The notes under the pieces are model-generated. The model was given only the letters and a program-made list of their open reading frames with translations, did no database searches and was not told the origin of the DNA. Below, piece by piece: positions 36,081-46,214 of a stretch of DNA of 64,000 nucleotides. A program made the translations under genes and the position numbers. Positions within the stretch are counted from its first letter, which is position 1. The number at the start of each line of letters is the position of its first letter. Origin of the DNA: an uncultured Gammaproteobacteria bacterium (lineage in GTDB: Bacteria; Patescibacteriota; Microgenomatia; CAYQLK01); the NCBI GenBank assembly GCA_964404855.1, contig CAYOLO010000001.1, forward strand, positions 530,736-594,735, written 5' to 3'.

Positions 36081-37907
36081 ATGGATACAAAGAATATTAG
36101 AAATATAGCGGTTATTGCACACGTTGATCACGGCAAAACTACTTTGGTTGATGGTTTGTTAAAACAAGCCAAGGTTTTTCGTGAAAATGAGCAAGAATTT
36201 GCGATGAGTACAATTCTTGACAGAAATGATTTAGAGCGTGAGCGTGGTATTACGATTCTTTCCAAGGTTGCTTCAGTTACTCGGGGAGAAATTAAAATTA
36301 ACATTATCGATACGCCGGGACATGCTGATTTTGGAGGAGAAGTGGAACGTGTACTTAATATGGCTGAAGGAGCTTTGTTAATCGTTGATGCTCAAGAGGG
36401 TCCAATGCCGCAGACAAAATTTGTATTAAAAAAAGCATTTGAGCTTGATCTAAAAGTTATTGTTGTAATCAATAAAATTGACAAAAGAGATGCAAGAGTT
36501 AGTGAAGTCGAAAAAGAAGTTGAAAATTTGTTTTTGGAATTAGCAACAGATGATGCGCATTTAGACTATCCTCTTCTCTACGCTATAGGTCGTGATGAAA
36601 AGGCATGGACAAAGATGCCAAATGATTTTAATGAACCAGCAGATCTGTCAGTTTTGTTTGAAAAAGTAGTTGAATATATTCCTCACCCTAAAGGAGAACT
36701 AGATCAACCATTCGGAATGGTTATTACTGATTTGGATTTTGATAATTTTAATGGAAAATATGTGATTGGAAAAATAAGTTCGGGAAAAGTTTCAAAAGGA
36801 ATGAGATTAGTTTTGAGAGGAAGAGACGGAAAAGAGACAGGATTTAATGCAGTAAAAGTAATGGTTTATGAAGGGTTGGGGAGGATTGAGGCGACTGAGG
36901 CAATTGTAGGTGACATTGTTGCCATAACTGGAATTGATGGAAAGATTGGGGATGCAGTGATCGAGTCTGGAATGAAGGTTGTTTTGCCGGAAATTAATAT
37001 TGAAGAACCTACCTTAAAAGTTACATTAGGTGTAAACACTTCGCCTTTTTCTGGTCGTGAGGGTAAATATTCAACATCAAGACAAATCGGAGAAAGATTA
37101 AAAAAAGAGTTAGAGGTTAACTTGGCGTTAAGAGTTGAAGAATTAACAAGTGGAAATGAGTTTTTATTATCTGGTCGAGGCGAATTGCATCTGTCGATTT
37201 TGATGGAAAATTTGAGGCGTGAAGGGTTTGAATTTCAAGTTGGTAAACCAGAAGTTGTGTTAAAAGAAGAAAATGGTTCGAAACTTGAGCCTGTTGAAGA
37301 AGTAACGATTGATGTTGCTGATGAGTATGTTGGGGCTGTTACTAGTGAAATGTCAAAAAGGCGTGCAATACTGGCTGACATGCAGCCTGACCATAAAGGA
37401 AATACGAGACTAAAATTTACTTTGACTACAAGAGGAACCTTAGGTCTTAGAAATGCGCTGTTATCTCAAACAAGAGGTACTGCAATTGTTAATACAATTT
37501 TTGATTCTTGGCAGCCATTAGGAGCTGAACTTCCTAAGCTTAGAAGCGGAGTATTGATAGCTTCCGAAGGTGGAAAAGCTGTGACTTATGGGTTAAATAA
37601 TGCGCAACAAAGAGGAATTACCTTTATTGATCCACAGACAGAGGTTTATGAAGGGATGATTATTGGACAAAATCCTAGAGAGGAAGATATAGAAATTAAT
37701 GTAACAAAAGAGAAGAAACTAACTAATGTTAGGTCTTCAACTTCTGATATTTCCGTAATACTTACACCTTCGAAGAAGATGAGTTTGGAAGAGTGTTTAA
37801 ACTTCTTGGAGGCTGATGAATTGTTGGAAATAACACCCGATAATTTAAGACTAAGAAAGAGGTTTTTAACTCAGAACGAGAGATCAAAGGCTCGAACTAG
37901 GCTTTAA
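36081..37907 (+). CDS. typA: Translational GTPase TypA/BipA
   Basis: AHVDHGKTT, ERERGITI, DTPGHADFGGEVER, NKID, GRGELHL, VYEGMIIG, KKLTNVR. Confidence 0.96.
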   Translation: MDTKNIRNIAVIAHVDHGKTTLVDGLLKQAKVFRENEQEFAMSTILDRNDLERERGITILSKVASVTRGEIKINIIDTPGHADFGGEVERVLNMAEGALLIVDAQEGPMPQTKFVLKKAFELDLKVIVVINKIDKRDARVSEVEKEVENLFLELATDDAHLDYPLLYAIGRDEKAWTKMPNDFNEPADLSVLFEKVVEYIPHPKGELDQPFGMVITDLDFDNFNGKYVIGKISSGKVSKGMRLVLRGRDGKETGFNAVKVMVYEGLGRIEATEAIVGDIVAITGIDGKIGDAVIESGMKVVLPEINIEEPTLKVTLGVNTSPFSGREGKYSTSRQIGERLKKELEVNLALRVEELTSGNEFLLSGRGELHLSILMENLRREGFEFQVGKPEVVLKEENGSKLEPVEEVTIDVADEYVGAVTSEMSKRRAILADMQPDHKGNTRLKFTLTTRGTLGLRNALLSQTRGTAIVNTIFDSWQPLGAELPKLRSGVLIASEGGKAVTYGLNNAQQRGITFIDPQTEVYEGMIIGQNPREEDIEINVTKEKKLTNVRSSTSDISVILTPSKKMSLEECLNFLEADELLEITPDNLRLRKRFLTQNERSKARTRL

Positions 37908-37912
37908 TTTAA

Positions 37913-38605
37913 TTACTCAAATATTTTTGGATCGATTTCTTTAACTTCTCCTGCTTTTATTTTTAAATCGGATAATTTTAGAGGACCGATACTTGTTCTA
38001 ATAAGGCGAGTAACCTTGATATTAAAATAGCTAAACATTTGTCTGATTTGTCTTTTTTTTCCTTCAGTTAAAATTATTCTATAGGTTTTTGGTGCAACCT
38101 TAGTAATAATAACTGGTTTGGTGACATATCCAGATTCTATTTTGACACCTGTTTTGAAAATATGTAACTGCCTTGATTCAAGTTCGTAGCTTACAACCAC
38201 TTCATATTCTTTTTGTTTTTCATATTTTGGATGAGTTAGTTTTTGTGATAAATCACCGTCGTTTGTAAGAATAAGTAAACCTTCTGACTCATAGTCCAAT
38301 CTTCCAACTGGGAAAAGTCGTGATTTTGCGTATTTTTGAGGAATAAAGTCAACGATTGTTTTACGGTCAAAAGGATCATCTAAGGTCGTTAAAACTTGGC
38401 GAGGTTTATACAAAACTAAATATGTAGGTTGAGAGGTAAATGTAACAACTTTATTATTTATAGCTACTTTGTCGCCTAGTTTTACAACTGCATTAAAGTT
38501 AAGCTCTTTTTTTCCATTGATTGACACCTCGCCATTTTTGACATGGGTAAATATTTTTCTTCGCGATAACTGGGTTGCTCCAGCAATAAACTTATGCAAA
38601 TACAT
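37913..38605 (-). CDS. rRNA pseudouridine synthase (RsuA/RluB family) with S4 domain
   Basis: S4-like N-terminus, VGRLDYESEGL, LTHPKY, EGKKRQIR. Confidence 0.92.
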   Translation of the reverse strand: MYLHKFIAGATQLSRRKIFTHVKNGEVSINGKKELNFNAVVKLGDKVAINNKVVTFTSQPTYLVLYKPRQVLTTLDDPFDRKTIVDFIPQKYAKSRLFPVGRLDYESEGLLILTNDGDLSQKLTHPKYEKQKEYEVVVSYELESRQLHIFKTGVKIESGYVTKPVIITKVAPKTYRIILTEGKKRQIRQMFSYFNIKVTRLIRTSIGPLKLSDLKIKAGEVKEIDPKIFE

Positions 38606-38644
38606 TGAGTGATTATATCCTATTTTGATAAATTACAGGTTGTA

Positions 38645-39655
38645 TTAAAAAATGTGTTTGACGTCGCGATATGTACCGTCTTTTAGTTTGTATTCTGCTT
38701 CTTTAAAGCCTTTTATGCATTCATTCTTCCCTAATTCTAGAGTAATATTCTCACAATTTTTAATATTGGTTGATAGTAAAGTTTGATAACTTTCGACGTT
38801 TTCTGATTTGACATATGATTCGCTCCACATCATAAGTCCAAGTCCCCAAAAGCATTTTTCTTGAGCCGTTTGGTTAGGGGCTTTGGTGCAGTAGGAAACG
38901 ATTTGGCTAACAGGAAGTTTAAGTGTTCTTAGCCAATATTCAGGTTTTAATGTGTAACAGTTGGAATTATCAGTTAAATAACAAGGGTAATAAGGGTTTT
39001 TTGGATCAAATTCGAGCTTGGGCACTAATCCCCTTCCGTCAGGTCCAAGGCGTGCAAATGTCGATTCCATGACAGTTCCATCTTTGCATCTGTTGGCTGT
39101 ATCAAGATCTGAGGCTTGGTCGCAAATTTCGTTTGCTTTAATAAAAGCTTCGTCAGTAAAGCCCAAATTATGCAATATACTGTGTCCAATAATGTGAAGA
39201 CAATTAGAAGCGTGGTTGCCTAGTGTGATGGTTCTACAGCCTTCTTCTATTTTACGCATATCATAGTTTGTACCCCTAACTGCTTCGCTTAAAAATCCGT
39301 GAGCACACCCAAAATAAGGATCTTGGAGGTTACTATCAAAGCATTTTGCCACGCCACCTACTCCAAAGGATTTAAACATTTCTTGACCAATATAATGAGA
39401 GATTGAGTGATACTCTCTATAAGTAATGGGAAGATTTTCAGCATAAATTAAGGCTTCTTTATATGAATATTTTTTAAGAATGTCTTTAACTTTTGTAATT
39501 TGTTTGTCGTAATCAAATGGGCCTGATGATTTTGACTCGGCAATTAGTTGGCTGATTTCTGAGTTATAGTTAGATTGAGATTTGATTGAATAAACAGCTC
39601 CTGTTACAAATAAAACTAATGATAATAGTAATAGTTTTTTGTAGCCAATTTTCAT
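38645..39655 (-). CDS. Exported Cys/His-rich hypothetical protein
   Basis: N-terminal TM/signal; YHSISHYIG, GCAHG and CLHIIGH; many paired Cys. Confidence 0.65.
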   Translation of the reverse strand: MKIGYKKLLLLSLVLFVTGAVYSIKSQSNYNSEISQLIAESKSSGPFDYDKQITKVKDILKKYSYKEALIYAENLPITYREYHSISHYIGQEMFKSFGVGGVAKCFDSNLQDPYFGCAHGFLSEAVRGTNYDMRKIEEGCRTITLGNHASNCLHIIGHSILHNLGFTDEAFIKANEICDQASDLDTANRCKDGTVMESTFARLGPDGRGLVPKLEFDPKNPYYPCYLTDNSNCYTLKPEYWLRTLKLPVSQIVSYCTKAPNQTAQEKCFWGLGLMMWSESYVKSENVESYQTLLSTNIKNCENITLELGKNECIKGFKEAEYKLKDGTYRDVKHIF

Positions 39656-41373
39656 TACCAGCTCCCTCCGCCCCCGCCGCCAAATCCTCCACCAGAAAAT
39701 CCCCCTCCACCACTGCCGCTGCTGCTTGGACGGGAAGCTGAAGTTGAGGAGAAAGAATTAGAAAAGCTTGTGATATTAGAGCTAAATAAAACTGGGTTAA
39801 AATGATGTGAGCCTGTATACCATGAATTGTTCTGCGGTTTTAACCCCATTTCTTTAGCAGCGTTGGCGAATTTTTCAACAACCCCGAACATAATGGCATA
39901 AGGCAACACTTCGTTAAATAAATTGTTATCCTCATAAAATTTTTGAGGATATTTTTGAGCTTTTTCAATGAATTCTTTATATCCTCTTGATCTTTGATAA
40001 AGCTCAAATCCGTATGAGGTTCTGCTTGGCATAATTCGACTAGATATAATTATTATTAGACCACAAATACTTAACCACCACATTAGAAAAAACCCTAAGA
40101 AAAATAATACAAAGCCAATGGCAAGATATTTTTTTCTAATTTTGTCTGGATTGGAGTTAAAAATGGTTTTGCTGGTCATATCCTTGTAGGCTTGGTCTTT
40201 GATATTTTTTAGATCGGTGTAAAAAGTATTTTTTAATGAGGATAGCTCAACCTTATCTTTTGTTTTAAATAATTTATCAATTAACATTTTTTCATACGGA
40301 ATAAGTTTGCTTTTAGTGTTTTTTTGGGTAATTTTTATTAAAGTATAGTCTGTTTTGTCTGGAAGAAGAGAGCGCTTGGTTTTGGTTTCTTTTATTTGTA
40401 GATAACCACGAACTGCTAAATCAATAATTGTGGCAGTGATATCTACCGTATCTGCTTTTTGATCAAACAAAATTCCAATTTCAGCTGGTCTTAGTTTGTC
40501 GGGTGGAGAAAATTCAGCAGCAATTGACCTGCTAAAAAAAATTGACTTGTTTCTATTTCCTTCGACCTTGTCCCTACCTGATTTGAACCAAAGCAGGAAA
40601 ATAACAATAAGAGTAATTATCGGAGCAACTGGTATTAGGAAAATATTTAATAAAAGTAAAAACTCTATCAGTTTTTCTGAAAACGTTTTTTGTTCGGTAA
40701 CGGATAAAATCGGAATTATTCCAGCCTGGTAGCTAGCTGCAATCGTAAAATTGTCACCGTAATGTAGCGGTTTTGTGGTTGAGAAACTTGTTAAATTTTT
40801 ACCTTGATCAATTCTGCAGTTTTCGCCTGATCCGGTTGGTCCTTGATAACAGGCCGTTGATACAATTTCAGTATTATTGATAGTTATTGTAGCTTTAGCT
40901 TTTGTAATGTCGACTGGCCACTGATTACCTGTAACATTCCAATACAGTTCGTCGTAATTGTCAAAGTTTTGAAGTATTCCCTTTTGAGAATAATAAATTG
41001 TGTAGATTTGTTTACCCGAAATTTTTTTGTCTGGATCCCCAATTTTTATAACCAAGTTGTTACCTTCCTTATATGTAGAAAATTTTTCAGGCTTACTATT
41101 TCTTATGACCGAGGAAACAGAGATATTTGTGAAATGCTTAGACCCGTCGTTATTGAAGTAATTTAATGGGATTTTTCTGAATATTCCGTGTTTTTCAACA
41201 AAGAAATCGGCTTCTATTGTTTCAGAAATTAGCACATCGCCTGTGGGTTCAATACTAATAGCTGATAAAAAATTGTTAATTATCCATTGCGATTGTTCCT
41301 GTGCGAAAGTGTTTTTTGCAAAAGAGAATAAGGTAATAAAACTTACAAAAATCACTAAAAGTTTTCTGTACAT
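39655..41373 (-). CDS. DUF2207-family membrane protein
   Basis: Signal peptide, HGIFRKIP, ELYWNVTG..W, DLAVRGY, LPYAI.FG, C-terminal GGGFSGGGFGGGGGGSW. Confidence 0.88.
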   Translation of the reverse strand: MYRKLLVIFVSFITLFSFAKNTFAQEQSQWIINNFLSAISIEPTGDVLISETIEADFFVEKHGIFRKIPLNYFNNDGSKHFTNISVSSVIRNSKPEKFSTYKEGNNLVIKIGDPDKKISGKQIYTIYYSQKGILQNFDNYDELYWNVTGNQWPVDITKAKATITINNTEIVSTACYQGPTGSGENCRIDQGKNLTSFSTTKPLHYGDNFTIAASYQAGIIPILSVTEQKTFSEKLIEFLLLLNIFLIPVAPIITLIVIFLLWFKSGRDKVEGNRNKSIFFSRSIAAEFSPPDKLRPAEIGILFDQKADTVDITATIIDLAVRGYLQIKETKTKRSLLPDKTDYTLIKITQKNTKSKLIPYEKMLIDKLFKTKDKVELSSLKNTFYTDLKNIKDQAYKDMTSKTIFNSNPDKIRKKYLAIGFVLFFLGFFLMWWLSICGLIIIISSRIMPSRTSYGFELYQRSRGYKEFIEKAQKYPQKFYEDNNLFNEVLPYAIMFGVVEKFANAAKEMGLKPQNNSWYTGSHHFNPVLFSSNITSFSNSFSSTSASRPSSSGSGGGGFSGGGFGGGGGGSW

Positions 41374-41486
41374 ATTAATTTTTTACAGGTATTTGTAACA
41401 TGTATAAAAATATTAATAATTGAGATTTGAACATACCGAGTTTAATTATAGACTAAATTGTGATGATTATTTGAGGTTTTAGTCAT

Positions 41487-41518
41487 AAAAAAAGCAGCTA
41501 TTTAATTTGCTGCTTTTT
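41487..41518. terminator. Bidirectional terminator downstream of tRNA-Pro
   Basis: A7-GCAGC...GCTGC-T5. Confidence 0.55.
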
Positions 41519-41525
41519 AATATTG

Positions 41526-41599
41526 TCGGGGTGAAAGGACTTGAACCTTCGGCCTCTGAGTCCCAAACTCAGCGCGCTAGCCAGCTGCGCCACACCCCG
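41526..41599 (-). tRNA. tRNA-Pro (TGG)
   Basis: Reverse complement CGGGGTG...CTGAG-TTTGGGA-CTCAG...GGTTCAAGTCC...CACCCCG-A. Confidence 0.95.
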
Positions 41600-41748
41600 T
41601 TTTTTAAGACAAAACTAATTCTGTAATAGTTGAATCGCCCTATGCTTTTTTCTTAAGACATTAGAGTAGGAAGATTTTATCAGAAATATTCAAAAATTGG
41701 ATTGCACTTTGAATATATTTTTCTAAACCCTTTTTACTACTCTACATG

Positions 41749-41832
41749 TGGGCAAGGAGGGACTCGAACCCTCAAGACCTTGCGGCCAACAGATTTTAAG
41801 TCTGTCGCGTCTACCAATTCCGCCACTCGCCC
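41749..41832 (-). tRNA. tRNA-Leu (TAA)
   Basis: Reverse complement GGGCGAG...ACAGA-CTTAAAA-TCTGT, long variable arm, GGTTCGAGTCC. Confidence 0.95.
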
Positions 41833-41887
41833 TAAACGCAATTAATTCTGCAAACGATATTTTAGCCTTAAAACGATAAAAAAGCGA

Positions 41888-42826
41888 TTAGTTAATAATC
41901 GTATGCAGATGATCAAGTATTTGTCGCATTTCTTCTCTACGATTTTGACTGTTAAGCATCGTAATAATTATTTCATGGCCATTGATGTCTGCGACTGTGA
42001 TTAAACAATATCCTGCCTTTGGTGTGTAGCCGGGCTTTAAACCCTTTACGCCTGGGTAAGTAGTAAGAAGATTGGTTTCATTATATAAGTCAAAAGATTT
42101 GTGATAGTCGTTGGCTGGGATTAGATAATTATATGTTCCAGAAATTGTTTGCATAATTGGATAGTTGGACCAAACATATGCGGCAAGTTGGGTCATGTCT
42201 CTGGCTGTTGAATAATCTTCCCCATCACCCTCAAGTCCCGATGAATTAACAAAATATGTATTATCCATACCTATATATTTTGCTTTTTGATTCATGAGAT
42301 CCACAAAATTTTGCTCACTTCCAGCAATACTTTCAGCGAGTGTGATGGCTGCATCATTACCGGACGGAAGCATAAGACCATAAAGTAACTCTTCAACGGT
42401 TAGTTTTTCATTTACTGAGAGAAGCATAGAATCTTCGCCAACATTAGCTGCTTTTTCTGAAACTGTAAAAATTGATTCTAATGGTGAATTGTCTAATGCA
42501 ACTGCACCAGTTAGGATTTTGAGAGTACTTGCTGTCGGCATTTTAGTATTAGGGTTTTTGGCAAGAATCGATTTTTTGCTAGTTATGTCATAAACATATA
42601 TCGACTGAGCTGTTAGCTGGTCCAATAGTCCGGATGAGGTTGCTTCTTTGGCAACATTAAGCGAATTTTTAGGACCAAAGTTATATTCTTTGGCTCCTGC
42701 GATTATAGGATTGAATTGAAAATTATTATTGATTGGACTGTCGGAATAAATTTTTATGCCAGCGATAATAAAGAAAAACACTAAAACTGGAGCGAGTATT
42801 TTAAATATTTTAGTTTTTTGGAACAT
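41888..42826 (-). CDS. D-alanyl-D-alanine carboxypeptidase (peptidase S11)
   Basis: SxxK (ASTLK), SxN (SGN), KPG(Y)T in place of KTG, STARDM. Confidence 0.9.
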   Translation of the reverse strand: MFQKTKIFKILAPVLVFFFIIAGIKIYSDSPINNNFQFNPIIAGAKEYNFGPKNSLNVAKEATSSGLLDQLTAQSIYVYDITSKKSILAKNPNTKMPTASTLKILTGAVALDNSPLESIFTVSEKAANVGEDSMLLSVNEKLTVEELLYGLMLPSGNDAAITLAESIAGSEQNFVDLMNQKAKYIGMDNTYFVNSSGLEGDGEDYSTARDMTQLAAYVWSNYPIMQTISGTYNYLIPANDYHKSFDLYNETNLLTTYPGVKGLKPGYTPKAGYCLITVADINGHEIIITMLNSQNRREEMRQILDHLHTIIN

Positions 42827-42902
42827 AAGAATTATCCTATCAATTTATAAAAACTTTTTTTAGTTTAATTGACTAATTATTAGGATTGGTTACAATTTGT
42901 GA

Positions 42903-43160
42903 ATGGAAAGAGCAGAGATAGGTAGACTAAGAGGTAAAGAGTTAGTTGAAAAAGTAAATCGTGCGCTTAATCTTGGTTTAGGGGTGGACGCTAATACATA
43001 TTTTGAAGCCATAACAGAAGGGTTGGACGCCATAGAGATTAAAAGAGATTCTTGGCCAACATTTCAGGCTTTAGGGGAGTTCCAAAGAAGTATTGGGGCA
43101 TCAGCTATTCTTAATGAAGATAACAAACCAATTAGGAACTCAAAAAGAAGACAGTCGTAA
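42903..43160 (+). CDS. Small hypothetical protein
   Basis: 85-aa ORF filling an intergenic gap; no motif. Confidence 0.45.
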   Translation: MERAEIGRLRGKELVEKVNRALNLGLGVDANTYFEAITEGLDAIEIKRDSWPTFQALGEFQRSIGASAILNEDNKPIRNSKRRQS

Positions 43161-43223
43161 TTGCTGTCAACTTGAAAGTAGGACTTAATAATTGATAGAA
43201 TTCTGCCGGTCACAGTAATACTT

Positions 43224-43297
43224 GCGGGTGTGGTTCAATGGTAGAACATTGCCCTTCCAAGGCGAAGACAGGGGTCCGATTCCCCTCACCCGCTCCA
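43224..43297 (+). tRNA. tRNA-Gly (TCC), CCA encoded
   Basis: GCGGGTG/CACCCGC acceptor, TTGCC-CTTCCAA-GGCGA anticodon arm, discriminator T; T-loop reads TCCGATT. Confidence 0.93.
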
Positions 43298-43414
43298 GAT
43301 TTTTTGCTGAAAAATTTTTCATTAAATATTTACTATTGAATTTTATCTTATAGTATTATATGATGTGTGCCCTGAATATATTACATTTGGATGTTATTTC
43401 TGGCTTATAATTAT

Positions 43415-44779
43415 ATGAAAAAATTGAATAATCAAAAAAATTCTGTAGCTTCTTATTATTTAGATGATTTTTTAGGAAAAAAATTACATAAAAATTTAGG
43501 TAAAATTTTAGTAATATCGGATGATTTGGGTGTAAATATTGTCCAAAAACATATTAAATCATTTGATTTGATTTTGGTTTCTCCAAAATCTAATTTGATT
43601 ACCAAAATTTCTAAAATAAAGTCAGGATTTTACTCCACAATTGTCGTCTTGAATGCTTTTAATTCAGTTTTTGATTACGAAAATTTATTAATTGAGTTAG
43701 TTAGAATTTTAAAGAAAGACGGAAAAATATTTGCAACACTTAATTCAAATCCATTTGATCAAAAAAAGTCTGTTGGGTTTTGGGGATTTACTGAAGCTTC
43801 GACTAGATACTTGTTTAGTAAATATTTTAAGAGAAAGGATTTAGTTTTTTCAGGTTACGGCAATGTATTAATGGGCAGATATCATCTTGATGGTTTGGAT
43901 GTGTCTGATTTAAACCAAGACCAGTTAAGTTATTACGATCCATATTATCCAATTATTATTGGGGTTGTTGCGATAAAAACAACAAGCCAAATTACCAGTA
44001 ATAAACCAGCTGTATCCATAGAAGACAAAAAGACTCTCAAACTTGGAGTAGCGGCAAAGTTTAAACGTGCGTACTATTTTTTAGACACGCCTTTGGATAT
44101 TGCAAGATTTGTGAGAGGATTTTTTGTTAGACGACTAAAAACTAGATCCTCGTATTTAAACAAAAAAGGTTTAAATCCAATTAGCGACATGTATGGATTT
44201 GATCGCGGTAAGCCAGTTGATCGTGTATATATTGAACAGTTTTTAGCAGAGAACAAAAAATATATTAAGGGGGCGTGTCTTGAGATTGTTGATAGTCATT
44301 ACACAAAAATGTTTGGTACAAAAAAAGTAACTCGATTTGATGCTTTAGATATTTTTCCCTCAAAAAAAGCAAATATTCATGGAGATTTAAGAAATCTTAC
44401 CCAAGTTAAATCAAATGAATACGATTGTTTAATAATTACCCAGACATTTAATGTTGTGGATGATTATTACTCTGTAATTAGCGAATCATATAGAATTCTT
44501 AAGCCTGGTGGAGTACTTCTTGTAACAATGCCAACAATTAGTCCATGTCAAAATTTGAAGGTAAATATGTGGAGATTTAGTAATGATGGAATGAAATATG
44601 CGATTTCTAAATATTTTGGAAAAAAGAATGTTTTATCCTCTGGATATGGTAACTCAGAAGCTGTTAAGGCTTTTTGGGTTGGCTTAGCAAAAGAAGATAT
44701 GACTGAAAAAGAGATTAATTTAAAAACGAATGAGTTACCATTAATAATTGGAGCAGTTGCTATTAAAAATAATGCTTAG
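43415..44779 (+). CDS. Tandem class I methyltransferase-domain protein (glycan-associated)
   Basis: C-terminal half has FDRGKPVDRVYIE, YDCLI.TQ, RILKPGGVLL, WRFS. The N-terminal half is a diverged copy. Start 43391 or 43415. Confidence 0.7.
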   Translation: MKKLNNQKNSVASYYLDDFLGKKLHKNLGKILVISDDLGVNIVQKHIKSFDLILVSPKSNLITKISKIKSGFYSTIVVLNAFNSVFDYENLLIELVRILKKDGKIFATLNSNPFDQKKSVGFWGFTEASTRYLFSKYFKRKDLVFSGYGNVLMGRYHLDGLDVSDLNQDQLSYYDPYYPIIIGVVAIKTTSQITSNKPAVSIEDKKTLKLGVAAKFKRAYYFLDTPLDIARFVRGFFVRRLKTRSSYLNKKGLNPISDMYGFDRGKPVDRVYIEQFLAENKKYIKGACLEIVDSHYTKMFGTKKVTRFDALDIFPSKKANIHGDLRNLTQVKSNEYDCLIITQTFNVVDDYYSVISESYRILKPGGVLLVTMPTISPCQNLKVNMWRFSNDGMKYAISKYFGKKNVLSSGYGNSEAVKAFWVGLAKEDMTEKEINLKTNELPLIIGAVAIKNNA

Positions 44780-45530
44780 AAACCTAAAAAAATCTATATT
44801 TAACTCAATTTTAGATCAGGACTACCACAGTCCTACTACTACTGATTTGTCGAACAAAATCGTAGTTGTAACAGGGGCGAGTCGTGGGGTAGGTAAGGCA
44901 ATTTCAAAGGCATTATTAAACGAAGGTTCTAAATTAGTTTTGATTTCAAGAAATATTGAAGAACTTAAGGCTGATTTCTTGGGAGTTGATAATGTTTTAT
45001 TGATAAATGCAGATTTGACTAATGAATCTGATCTTGATAAAGCGATTGAGTTAATACTCAAAAGGTTCGGAAAAATCGACGTTTTGGTTAATAACGCTGG
45101 AATTAACATCCATAAATCAATTGAAAATGTGACCAAGAATGAGTTTGAATCCGTAATTAATTTGAATTTAACCGCTGTTTTTATGTTGTGTAAAAAGGTA
45201 ATTCCTTTGATGAAAACGCAAAAATCAGGATTAATAATTAATATTGGATCGAAAATTAGTCACAATACTAATGTTGGACCAAATAAAGTGACGTATGCAG
45301 CATCTAAATATGCATTAGAAGGTTTCTCTCTTGCTTTAAGTAAGGAACTTTATTCCTTTAATATCAGGGTTAGTTGTTTAATGCCTGCAACTATTAATAC
45401 CTTTCTTAGTAAAAAAGCTAAAGATTTTATGTCGCCATATGATATTGCTTCAGTTGTGATTATGTTAATTAAGTTTAATAAAATTAGCTTTGAAAGTGTG
45501 GTTTTTTCCTCGAGTAAACAAAATATTTAA
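44772..45530 (+). CDS. Classical short-chain dehydrogenase/reductase
   Basis: TGASRGVG, NNAG, YAASK. Confidence 0.9.
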   Translation: MLRNLKKSIFNSILDQDYHSPTTTDLSNKIVVVTGASRGVGKAISKALLNEGSKLVLISRNIEELKADFLGVDNVLLINADLTNESDLDKAIELILKRFGKIDVLVNNAGINIHKSIENVTKNEFESVINLNLTAVFMLCKKVIPLMKTQKSGLIINIGSKISHNTNVGPNKVTYAASKYALEGFSLALSKELYSFNIRVSCLMPATINTFLSKKAKDFMSPYDIASVVIMLIKFNKISFESVVFSSSKQNI

Positions 45531-45714
45531 TTTGTTTTTATAGCAACAATTTAATAAATTGGTAAAAACAAAAAAACTCGTTTATAATATCCCGACCGCT
45601 AGAACAAGCAAATACATACTACAAGTAATATTAAGAATATTAGATAGGAAAGAATAAAACTTAAGACCCAAGTTTAGGAATAATTTCCGCTGCTCAACTT
45701 TAGGTTAATAAAAT

Positions 45715-46191
45715 ATGAATTTACCTTACGAGGATAAAACCTCGACTGTGACAATATTCCCCTTTTTGCTCATTAGCTTGCTTTCTGGCGTGAGTGGGTT
45801 TTTTATATACAAAATTATGTTTTCTGCTCGAGGTGTTGATTGGATGACCTTCGGACTATGGGTATTTGTTTCAGTGTTTTGTTTGTTTTTCTTGACTAAA
45901 TTTGTATATTTGAATGTACGTGTTGAGCGAAAAAATCTTCTTGTTTCGTGGGGTGTTTTCGGTGAGTCGATTCCAGTATCAGAAATTTACAGGTTAAAAA
46001 TTAAAACCGCTGGTTTTACTGATTTTTTTACAGCGTTTTTTAGCTTAGGATTATCCAAAAATCGTAAAGAATTTGTAAACAGAAAAGGTGTAGGCGTGGA
46101 GTTAAAAGTTAAGGGTGGAAAATCGTATTTTATATCGACCGATAGACCCGAAGAGCTGGTTTCTATAATACTCAAAGCACAATTGTTGTAA
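45715..46191 (+). CDS. Small membrane protein with PH-like C-terminal domain
   Basis: Two TM helices then IPVSEI...GVEL...YFISTDRPEEL. Confidence 0.55.
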   Translation: MNLPYEDKTSTVTIFPFLLISLLSGVSGFFIYKIMFSARGVDWMTFGLWVFVSVFCLFFLTKFVYLNVRVERKNLLVSWGVFGESIPVSEIYRLKIKTAGFTDFFTAFFSLGLSKNRKEFVNRKGVGVELKVKGGKSYFISTDRPEELVSIILKAQLL

Positions 46192-46214
46192 TTAAAATTT
46201 GTTAGAATTGAGCA

